Origin: Glycera tridactyla
Lineage: Eukaryota
Length of the DNA stretch: 64,000 nucleotides
NCBI GenBank assembly: GCA_965644265.1
Contig: OZ286465.1
Coordinates: 78,678,001 to 78,742,000 of the forward strand
Reading direction: 5' to 3'
Notes under the pieces: generated by a model
The model's input: the letters and a program-made list of their open reading frames with translations, nothing else
Told to the model about the DNA's origin: nothing
Databases searched by the model: none
Shown: piece after piece, positions 1 to 11,000 of the stretch
Position numbering within the stretch: position 1 is the stretch's first letter
How the letters are laid out: each line of letters starts with the position of its first letter
Made by a program: the position numbers and the translations under genes

Positions 1-965
1 CAACCTACCCACCCACTTATCCGACGACCTACCCACCACCGACCAACTGACCTACACTGCCCACCCACCCATCGACCAACCTATCTACCTACCAACCATC
101 CATTCACCCACTGACTCACCCACCAACCTACCTACCTATCCACCCACCTACCGAATGACCTACCTACCCACCTACCTATCCATCCACACACCTACCAAAT
201 GAACACACCCACACCTCACCACTCACATCTACCACCACATCCTGGCTCACTACCACAGCCACCACCACCACCACCCACACCCACACCCACCACCATCCCA
301 TCCCAACCCATAAGCCGCACCCACCCACCTCAGGCCACACCCACCAACACCAACACCCCTAGCACCCACCCCAACCACCACTACCGACAACCCACCACCT
401 GCAACCAGCCACCATCACCACCACCCACACCCACACCCACCACCTCTACCCAACCCCAACCCCCACCCACCTGTCACCACCATCCACATCCACCACCACC
501 ATACCTACCACCCACACACACCTACTACCACCCAGGGCTCTATGTTAACTTTTTTCTTCAACCGTCATTTGGGCAGATGAAATAGGATTTTTACCTGCCC
601 TCCCTGTCATTTCCACCTGCCCTCCTGCATATAATCACACCCCAAATAAGGGTTGGGTACCTGCCCATCAGGCAGGCAGATTGATAAAATCACCTGCCCT
701 AACAGCAAATCTGCCTGCCTGTGCCAGTAGGGCAACCACTAGCATAGAGCCATGCCACCACCCATACCCACCTGCGTCATCACCACACCCGCAACTACCA
801 ACACCACTAACACCACCACTACATTTACATTGCCACCCACACCTACCACCACCACCCACCACACCTACCATCACCCACCACACCACCCCAACACCAGCAC
901 CTACACCAACACCACGATCACCCCCCCCCCCCCCCCCCCCACCCCCGAACCAGTAACCTCAACCA
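1..965. repeat. Low-complexity (ACCT)n/(CCA)n/(CA)-rich tract with a C20 run (921-940), interrupted by a MITE
   Basis: Direct reading; the Pro/Thr/His ORFs here are by-products. Confidence 0.9.
533..754. mobile_element. CAGGG-ended MITE (about 220 bp), family A
   Basis: TIR cagggctctatg/catagagccatg; close homologues at 8244-8459 (inverted) and 25807-26011. Confidence 0.85.
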
Positions 966-1019
966 CCATCTTCGATTTTTTTTTGGACCGGGGGAGGGGA
1001 TCCCTCCCTCAGGAATCTG

Positions 1020-1422
1020 GTGCTGCAGGTCCTCCCGATGCGTGTCATGAGGGAACCGCCGGTGGTTTTGTATTATGGCCATCTCCCAGCGAAAACCGAC
1101 CCGTCCGGAAAAAGTTCGTCGAATCGCCGAGTTGTCCGCTGTGATCTAGTCCTTTTTTTTCAGAACAAGATGTATTCTTGTATCATAATAATGGTAGTCC
1201 AGGCAATGGTTCGAGAAATCACGTTTAATAACGATGCGAGGCGCAATTATCGTTGCGGCTCCAGGCGGACCATATTCCATACAACCCCGGTCTGGCTTGC
1301 GATTTTTTCCTCTATATCATGTTTGAACGTCTCGATCTCTCAGGGAATAAGGTCCGTAGTCGGAGGAGACAAGATGGCCGCCGCCGGAAGAAATAAACAT
1401 TTGTGATGTGGTATTCGTGAGT
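1020..1422 (+). promoter_or_regulatory. CpG-rich candidate promoter / non-coding first exon ending at donor 1416|1417
   Basis: CpG-dense; YY1-like AAGATGGCCGCC (1371-1382) abutting ETS-like CCGGAAG (1384-1390); TTC|GTGAGT donor, after which CpG density drops. Confidence 0.5.
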
Positions 1423-2648
1423 TTATTGACAAGATTGGTCACATTAGATATGATTTCCAAGTGTTATCAAGTCATTGGATCTCCAGCATTGCAGCTACCG
1501 TGAAAAATATCACTAGCAAATAATTGCTAGTGCTCACAAAACACGCTAGCAGATATGTCAATTGCACTATTGAATTGCTAGTTGGCTAGCGCTAATTTCG
1601 AACACTGAACCCAGTGAATCTCAGGGAGGTGATTGTTCTGCGGATCCATGGATTTCCCGGTTTTTGCTCACATTTTTTACTGATTATTCCGGATTTTAGA
1701 TCATGAAAATCGGACCAGAATTAGTGGAGATAGAGCAGAGTTGCATTTAATTAGCCTTCAGCGAGTTGTGAGTGTTTCTTGGTCAACAAAATCTTGGTGA
1801 GAAGGGCCTATGGTCGTATTTTCAGGGTTTTTTTAGTTGTGAGCCAGTCACATCCCTGCAGTGATACATTTTCACCAGAATGATGATGAAACTGACCAAT
1901 TGACCGACGACCGACTGACCGACCAATTAACTGGCAGATCAACCAATCGACCAACAGACTGACCAATCAACCAAGTACTAGTTGCAAATATGCTGTTTTT
2001 GGTTCCAAGATGATCCTTGATGAAAGTAATTTAACTTACTTTGGAGCGATTGATTATCGATTAAATAATCGTAGTTCAGAATCCCCTGGCTGGCCTAAAA
2101 ATACCCAAAATTAACAGCAAAATCATAACTTTGTACCAGTATTCAGGAGCAATACTTCAATCGATTGTCAACTCGCATGATCGATTATTCGAATCGGACC
2201 TCTTAACGATGCAATAATCGATATAATCGGGTAATCGTCGCAGCACTAGTCTAAACCCCAGCATTGCCTCTTTGCAGTGGCAGTATCATCAACCCATGAA
2301 GTATCTGAACTACTTGCTGACTTGGTTGTTGAACAATACATTGATTTGATCATATTGGTGTGTTGTTCCTGTGAACAGGTGCATAAAAATGAGGTTACAT
2401 GTACCAGACTGCACGCAGCTGTTACTATTTTTACACTCAAATTATGGCAGTGTAACATGTGTGTGATGATCAACAGCTTATTTTATTCAGGGTTCGGAAC
2501 CGTCTGTGCTCAGACCATAATCAAATAGCACTGAAATCATCAAAATAGTGGACCAAATTTGGGGAATGCATATCCAAATTGCAAAGATGAAAATAGAAGA
2601 AGTTTGGAATGTTTGTTGGTTTCCACATGTATTGCTTGTGAATTTCTG

Positions 2649-2812
2649 TACAGTTAAACCTGTTCTAAGCAGTAACCCTTCAGGAAGGCAAAAAGTGGCT
2701 GCCTGGGGCAGTGGCTGCTTAGAGCAGGTGAATTATAGTGTAAAAACCTCCGGCGGGAATTTCAAAAGTGGCTGCTTAGGGCAGGTGGCTGCTTAGGACA
2801 GGTCAGACTGTA
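2649..2812. mobile_element. TA-flanked CAGT-TIR MITE (Tc1/mariner-pogo type)
   Basis: tacagttaaacctgt ... acaggtcagactgta. Confidence 0.8.
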
Positions 2813-3296
2813 TTACCATCTGGTGATGAGTTAACATAGAAAATTGCTCCAATCGAACATGCAAATTGGCTCCCTTTAGCAAATAACTGTATTTTGATGG
2901 CATGGCTCAGGCAAAGAATGGATGTGCTAAGCATTTTTAATGAGACCTACTTTGTTCAGAAAGTTAACTCATTTATACACAGTTTGTCAAATTAACACCT
3001 GCCCGCCTGCCTGGAGCCAGTAAAATCAAGGTCAAGACCAGTGAAATACATGTACATCATTTCACTTTCACACTGTTCCTCTGAAAATTCATCGAATTCC
3101 CAGCTTGGAAACAATGCAAGCTGTCAAATGTGGTAGAAATAAATATAGACTTGTAGCTTCGATATTTGAACATAGTGGAAAGCTATGGCTCTGACATGTG
3201 TACGGGTTTGCATAACCGATTGTGTATGGGTTTGCATGCCCGATTGTGCACAATAAGTGCAGGCCTGTGCAAAAAAGATGACGATTTTCACATTGA

Positions 3297-4180
3297 ATCC
3301 TCCAAAGTGGGCCATGAAATATTTGAAGATATGTCTCCTTCCCATCATTTTGATCGTGTTTTGGAAATGATAGTTCCAAAATTGAGAGAAGGCTGCCTCT
3401 CTTTGAAGGCCACTTGGAATATTTTAAGGATCGACCGCGGCCTCGCGCCATTGTCGCATCAAACGAACGAAACCTGCGCGTTTTTTGCAGCGTGCGCCCA
3501 CCGGGGCGCATGAAAATCACACAATCTGGCATAGAAATGTCTAAAACTCACTGAAACCGGCAAATTCATCTTCAAAAATTTCAAGATGGCGCCCAAATCC
3601 CGCGCGAACTCTCGCGATCGCAAGAGTATGATGAGATTTCATCCGGTCTAGTTCAGAGACCATCCGTTAGATGTCGAATTTGTCGGTGCGCCACACTCCG
3701 CCATCTGACGGCTCGGACAGGAACCAGACTAACGAGGCACGTGATCAACCCAAAATGGCGGGATGCTCACGAATGCTTACACCTGACGAATGTTTTCATC
3801 ACGTTTATGGCGAAAATATCGTGATTTCCTCAAAAACGACCATGGATTACGCAATTAAGATAACTTATCACCCATTTTGTACGGTGTATTGACACCCGGC
3901 TGTATTTTTAGCATTTCGAGAGCGATCAAAAATCGTGAAAAACACCGTTCAAACGTAACTGATTTGGGCACATAAAATCGCTGACAGGCGCATCAAAGTC
4001 AAAATCAAAGTCAAAAATTATCTCTGCATACACCATGTTTTCCTTGATCCTCCAAAGTGGGCCATGAAATATTTGAAGATATGTCTCCTTCTCATCATTT
4101 TGATCGTGTTTTGGAAATGATAGCTCCAAAATTGAGAGAAGGCTGCCTCTCTTTGAAGGCCACTTGGAATATTTTAAGGA
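3297..4180. repeat. 134-bp direct repeats (3297-3430, 4047-4180) flanking CpG-rich DNA
   Basis: Two substitutions seen between the copies. Confidence 0.9.
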
Positions 4181-5560
4181 ATGTCACATTTTGTGTCATA
4201 TTCGATTGTGTTTGGGAATGAGATATTAGAATCATGGGAATGTTGTTGTTCTTGGAGGCATGTCTATAGGATCGGTTCCCACTTTCATGAAATATAGATG
4301 TCTGACTTGATAGGATAGCCTACTTGAATCGTGAACTCTAAAAGGAGTGCCACAATACTGAAAATTTCTCATAATTCATTTGAAGATTTTGACTGGCTCA
4401 GGACAAGTATAGACTAGCAACATCAGTCCCTTGAACATTTCTCCTTGGGAGTCATGGATGACTTATATATAATGTTTGCACTGTCATTTTTCATTGAGTG
4501 AAAGAGCCGTGAAAAGTTTATATATTGTTCCCTTTGACTAGGAAGATGACATATATGTTATCATTAGCTCTAGTGCCTCATAATTATCGGGATCTGCAAT
4601 TAATGTTAATGTATGCCAAACTACTTCAATTGTAAGTCAATTAATGCATCGTTTATACACATCTAGGATTCCTGGAAATGCTTTGAATTAATGGTGTTCC
4701 AGTAACTCATCATGGTAGAAGTGGGGCAAATACATGTCCCACTATAAGTAAAACTAGGGGGGGGGGGGGGGGGCTAGACTGTTCCATGGAAGGTCAATTC
4801 GAGCCATTTCACGTCTTCTCCCATTCCAGATAGACCCTCTGAATAAGCCATTCTCGCAGTCATGCAAGTTGTACTTCATTGATTTGGTCACCGGGTTCCC
4901 TCTATAGACTAGCGCCTTAGCTATAGCTAATCAGTTAAGTCAAAGGCTGAAGAAAAATTTGGTTTGCTGAAATAATTTGCCAAAGTAGTTTCCGATCCTG
5001 ATAGCAGAGAAGTGGTGTTGGGGGCTTGTTGCGGACAAATTTTCCCTAATTTCTTGTTTTGGTGAAATAGAATGCAAAAGAAATTGATTTCGCATAAGAG
5101 TGCCACCAATTTTCCATTCGGCTGAACTTATCTGATGAAATATTTCTTGATCTCATCAAAGTGCTTTCTGAATTGCTATTTTCTTATACATTTTGCTAAA
5201 GTCATTCGCTAAAAGGTTTTTCTTTCTAGGGGCAACCCAGTGCTCTTGATTTGTTGGAAGAAATCTTCATTTGGGATCAACTAAGAGTTACCAATAGATC
5301 CTTTGTTGAAATTGAGCACCTGTCATTGATGACTTGCATGTGACAAATTCCTTTGAAAGGATATATGTTATGTATCTATTAACTGATATATTAATCCAGG
5401 CTATTGGTTCATGTTAGCAGCTGTTGACTCAGAAACAGGGATTTCGTGGAAGTTAGGATGATGAATTAATGTGAATGGAGCAGTGGTATTGGGCTGTAGT
5501 CAGTAGTTCACACCTCAGCACATATCTGATTGACTGACCATTCACAATAGGTCACAGTCT

Positions 5561-5728
5561 CAGTGATGCAGGAAATTTGTCACAAAATTCGAAATCCAAA
5601 AGTTCCTGGAATCGGGCTGAAGTTTCAAATTTGGTGCTTTTGGGAGTGGGGGGGGGGGGGGGGGGGTGTAGTTTCAGGAAATTTGGTCAGGTTTCAGGAA
5701 ATTCTGTTTTAGTGCACATGCTCCACTG
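5561..5728. mobile_element. caggaaattt-rich MITE, family C, with a central G19 run
   Basis: Homologous to 54463-54665 and about 62985-63130; TIR cagtgatgca/tgcatcactg. Confidence 0.75.
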
Positions 5729-6610
5729 CAGTCTAAACAGCCAAATGGGCAGATGTATGTACCACCAAATTATGAGCTATGCACATGAAAATTACAACAG
5801 ATTACCAGTCGGTTGGTCATTTTACATCCTGTGAGAACCATCTGGGTGATATTGAGACACCCATGCATTGGGCATGGGTTGGATCATTCAAAACTGGGAC
5901 CCCGATTCACAGGCACAGTCATGGGATCATTCCTCGTTAACAGCCTGAAATGTAATATAAAATGTAGTGATTGACTGAAGATCCAGAATGGTCTGCGATT
6001 AGTTCATATGACCTAAGACTACCAGTCTCCAATTTCTCACCCACTTCTTGGCAGACTGCCTATCTCTACCTGGTGATTTAGCTCTTTGAATTCGACACAG
6101 CTTTTGCTTAGGCCCTTGAAATATGGAAAAGCCCTTGTTTTGGGAACTACATTTTGGCTCAGGAAAAGCCTATAGATTTTACTCACATCCCAGGAAAAAG
6201 CCTGAAATTGTTTGTTTGACCAACAGAATCAGTGCATCTTGGAAGGGAGGTCTTTCCTTAATAGCATTGGGTATTGAACTTGGAAATTCAATAAACTTGC
6301 TATTGAGACAAGGCCATTGATACATGTATTCAACTCAACGGAAACAAAAACTTGTTGCCTTATCATGTATTGAGTTGCTGTTTGAATCTTGTGTTTCCTG
6401 TATCCAGTCAATTGAGAAAATGGGATGTTGGCTCGTGAAGACAATGTAGACAAGCAGGAGTTGATATGATGTCAATACATTGCTGTTTGGATATCGGACC
6501 TACAGTTTGTGGCTATTGGTGACTTTTACTGATGAAAATGACTTGAATTACTGAAGAAGATGACTTGAATTGCTAAGATATCTTGTTGAAGAAAGCAATT
6601 ATTTTATGGA

Positions 6611-6685
6611 ATGCCCATTATCATGAGGATGGGGGTGTTCCGTATGTGCTGTGGATTACGAGATCAGGGCCAGTATAACACAAAG
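6611..6685 (+). CDS. Candidate alternative first coding exon of raf (MPIIMR-MGVFRMCCGLRDQGQYNTK), phase 0
   Basis: In-frame upstream stop at 6587; four in-frame ATGs (best Kozak aggATGg at 6629); consensus donor AAG|GTAAGC in frame with exon 7695. Confidence 0.45.
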
Positions 6686-7694
6686 GTAAGCATATGGTGG
6701 TGAAAAAAAGCCGTATATCAAGTGGTGGTGGTGGTGAGCTCTGCAATCAGAAGGTCTCAATGCATGGACTGTGTTGGTGCTAGGACATTATTTCGTATGG
6801 CAAATTTGGCAAAATCAGCCATTCCATCATTATCAGGTTGCTTATATTTTAGCCAAATGCATAATGAAGTGACTTCAATTTTGCCGTAACTGTCATGTTG
6901 AGGCAGCCGTCGTAAAGTTGGAGGTCTACAAAAAGGTCAGAATCAGCATCTGCACTACAACCCAAATAGATCAAGAGCTGTCAACTTGGATGTTGGTGTA
7001 TACACTCAACTCAGCTCAGGCAAGATGTCTGTTGACTTTGGGGTGGCCATCTTGAATTTCAAGGTCACTGGATGCCAGAAGGTCAAATCACTTTCTAGAC
7101 AATTATTCAGAAGGTTTGAGACTGATCACCTCGAAATTCAGTTTATGCATTCCCCAGAAGCAAGACGCCCATCAATCAGCTTTCTTGTCTGTTTGGACGG
7201 CCATTTCATACTTGAAGGTTACCAAACAATAACTGGCAAAGTTTACATGCAGTCAACTCAACACTGAAGTGATTTGCACATCTTATTGATGTGATGGATG
7301 TCCAAGGTAAAGCAGTATTGTAAATCAATGTTAAATAAACTGCCGTGTCAACATGTCTGTGATAATTGGGTTATTGAAATTATTGCTGTGACATACTTTT
7401 CTTATGGTTGAAAAACTTATCATATTGGTGCAGTCAACTTGACACTGAGATAATTTGCACATCTTACTGATGCAATGAGCATTATTATAATTCATCAAGA
7501 CACTGGAACTATTGTTGTGAAGGTAGAAACCCTGTCTTGTTACATTCTATTTTCATTCCAGTTTCATCCAGTTTTAGAGGGAATCAGTGCGGTAAATCGG
7601 TAAGACATCACCCTATGCAGGATTGCAAATTTATGGCTCATCCTTTCACATTTTAGGCTGAGAGTACTCATTGTAATTATTCTGTTTGTTCCAG

Positions 7695-8033
7695 GAATAT
7701 GACTGTCTAACAAATAAGATCCATGAGCTGCAACTGAAAGAACAGGAGCTCCAGGAACAATTGAGTAATGAACGAGGATCACCACCACCTCCTCCGGAAC
7801 CGCCGACTGGCCCGCCGGTACCCGCCCCTGATGCCGACCAAATGGCGCCACAAGGGGCGGGTACGCCATCAACGCCAAATATGACGCCAAATAGCAGTTC
7901 TGGTAACCTGCCGGCGTATGCCAGTCACCCGCAGGCTGCCCAGATGATGGCGCAAGGGAGTCCGTTACTGCCACCCAAGTCACCCATGAGAACGATGGTC
8001 AAGTGTGACCTACCAAATCAACAAAAGACAGCG
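7695..8033 (+). CDS. raf: Raf exon: BRS coiled-coil C-half, Pro-rich linker, start of RBD ([19 protein letters not shown]...[20 protein letters not shown]), phase 0-0
   Basis: tttgttccag acceptor, GCG|GTAAGT donor; resembles B-Raf YEEYTSKLDALQQREQQL and [20 protein letters not shown]. Confidence 0.93.
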
Positions 8034-11000
8034 GTAAGTGCATATTTTCATCCAATTTGAGTAAATTACGTGTCCAAAATCACTTTTGGCACTATTTTCT
8101 GTAAAGTAGATTCTGGCATCTCTCTTCAATGTCAGTCAGAATTTGACTTGTGTGCCTTGAGAGAAATGCGACATCTTCAGTTTTTCGCACATCAGCCAGA
8201 TCATAATAATATGTGCAGGAGAGTTTTTCATATGTTATGACTGCAGGGCTCTACGCCAAGGGTTGCCCTACTGGCACAGGCAGGCAGGTGTTAGGGCAAG
8301 TGATTTTTCAGCCTGCCTGCCCTTCGGGCAGGTTCTCCACCATTATTTAGGCCATGAATATATGCAGGAGGGCAGGTGAGAATGACAGGGAAGGCAGGTA
8401 AAAATTACGCATCACCTGCCCAAAGGAGGGATGAAGAAAAAAGTGAGTGTAGAGCCCTGCTGACTGCACAAATGACAGAACTATCTCAGACACAGTCGTA
8501 GAAGATCATTGCAATAGCTCTTCATTCTTCTCAAAAAGATTTTTTTGAACAGGCTACATAATCTGATCTCTTGCACCAAGAACGTCATCTTCCCAAGTCT
8601 TTTTTTGCAGACAATTCGCTGCCATTTTTTGTATCCGATTTGTAGTTGAATAGTCAGATATGGAATCGAGGGCTCAATCAGTGAATGAAATGGAATGATA
8701 TCGTATCTCATCAATCGGCACAACACTATCAATCAGTACTCTGCCATACTCAGTCTCTGTATTTAGTCACTCTCTCAAATCCTGGAAAGTATGGATCTAA
8801 TTTTGGGAGAGCGAAAAACGAGTGATGCTCCCAATACACTCTCCCAAAAGGAGTGGGGCTGTCAAACTATTCAATGAAGACTGAATACTGTAAAATATAG
8901 GATGATCGGAAGCTGTTTTAAGAGACCACTTTTTGGTGACATTCTGGGCAGTCTTGTTGCAGTTTTCACTGTACCTGCTTTAGCAGAATTTAGCAGGAAA
9001 TTTTGCTCTAGGTTCAGTGCAGTCATTGGGGATTCCGACTGTGGTTTCTGCATGTGGACTTCCACCTGTTGTGCAGCAACAGCTGTAGGAGTGACCAGCT
9101 GCTTGTTGATACTCGATCAAATGCTCTTGACATCGGCCTGCGAGGTCCCAGATTACTGGTACCCTGGCCTCCACCACTGCAGACCCAGTTGGCAATATAC
9201 AGTAAAACCTGTCTTGATTGAAAAGTCACGGGACCAAATTTTTCTTCCACTTAAGACAGGATTTTGCTTAGCGCAGGACAATTATAGTGAGAAAAAACAT
9301 CCAGGCAGACCCTGGGGTATGTGCTTAAGACAGGATTTCGCCTAGCACAGGTTTACACTCAAGCAGGTTCTACTGTAGTTGGGCTGTCACTACCAATGCA
9401 GCTACATTCTGGATGATTCAGGCAATGGAAGCCAGGTCATCAATTGTTATTGGAAATTGAGCCAGATGAACTTTTGACTTTCACAGTGTTTCACATAAAC
9501 GTAATTTTTATACCCCGCTCTTGAAAAAGCGGAGTATCATAGTTTAACCTCCGGCGTCCATCCGTCCGGTCACGTTTCATGCAATAACTTTGGATTGGCC
9601 AGTCCAATTTTCTTAAAACTTCATGACTGTGTTCAATGTAAAAATCGCATTCCAGAATTTGATTTTCGTACCCATCAAAGGTCAAGGTCACTGGAGCTAT
9701 TTATAAATTTTTGTCTTTTACACCAACTCAAGCTAGCCTTGATGGATATGCACCAAACTCACACAACGTGATAACCCGAGGGTGGACCACCTCCCTTTCG
9801 ATGCATCTGACCCTAGGTCGAAGGTCAAAGTCACAGGATCTATTCATAGACTTTCCAGGAAAATGACTTTCAGAGGCACGAAGTGAGCATTAACGTGTGA
9901 GAGTATACAATACGGCGGCTTTTGATTATGCAACGCTGTTATGACGTCAGAGTGTTTCCCCACAAATGGCACTGTCTTTGACCACCGTGTGTCGCTTCTC
10001 ATAAAATATTTTTTTCTTTCTCAATGTTCTCTCAGTCAGGCATCTACAATATCCACATTCAGCAGTGTTTCAAGCAATAATGAATGTTTTTCACACAATT
10101 CGCTTATTTTTCATGCTGTTTTGGTTTAGCTCATCTTCACCCATGAAGTCGTGCTCTCTGGATCCTATCCCCACCAGTCTCTTCAAAATGTCCTACCCAC
10201 ACCTCTGTCACACACTCAAACAACTGATCAGTGCATCACTTGATGAAGGTGTCATCCCTAACCAATTAACTGAGGCCATGCTCAGTCCCATTCTGAAGAA
10301 AGCCCACCTAGATCCTGATGACCTCAATAACTACCATCTTACCTCTAATCTCCCCTATGTGTCTAAACTGATAGAGAGAGAGTTGTTGCCTCTTAATTGA
10401 ACTCACATTTGTCCAAAAACTCTCTCTGTGAGACCTACCAATCAACATAGCGTGAATATCATTCCACTGAGACTGCTATCATATATGTCCTCAATGATAT
10501 TCTCATGGCCTTAGATGCCCGAAAGTCAATCTGCCTTTTTTTGCCTTGTTCTGCTAGATCCGTCTGCAGCATTTGATACTGTTGACCACACCATCCTCCG
10601 AGACAGACTAGCCAAGTGGATAGGATGAACTGCGCAGCCCGGCTATCAATGTCCTGTCATCACCATCAACCCATCACTCCCATCCTGGAAAAACTTCACT
10701 GGCTTCCTATTGAACACCGGATCACTTTCAAAATCTTGTCCCTGACCTATAAGGCTCTTAACGGCATGGCCCCCAATTACCTGTCATAACTGCTCCATCC
10801 ATACATCCCCTCCCGCTCTCTTCGCTCCTCTGACAAAAACCTTCTAAGTATCCCCAAAACATGCTCTCTGAAACTAAGAAACTTCGCTTTCGCTCACGCT
10901 GCCCCATCTTTTACAACTCACTCCCCATGGACATCAAGCTTGCTCCTACTTTCAACACATTCAAATCTTGGCTGAAAACACATTTGTTCAACATTGCCTT

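Noticed and set aside
199-1144. Long Pro/Thr/His-rich ORFs
   Set aside because: Translations of (CCA)n-type microsatellite and a MITE; no splice or domain support
2596-2610. EEVWN, identical to the start of the B-Raf BRS
   Set aside because: Continues VCWFPHV with no further similarity and runs into a MITE; a 5-residue match is expected by chance
3166-3513. 115-aa ORF and overlapping antisense ORFs
   Set aside because: Lie in the direct-repeat unit; no recognisable domain
5230-5343. Strong acceptor followed by GQPSALDLLEEIFIWDQLRVTNRSF, faintly BRS-like
   Set aside because: No KF or PP..YL, ends in a stop without a donor; similarity too weak to call an exon or pseudo-exon
7248-7477. Pair of 50-bp direct repeats about 180 bp apart
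   Set aside because: Diverged local duplication; no C/D or H/ACA box arrangement convincing enough for an RNA gene
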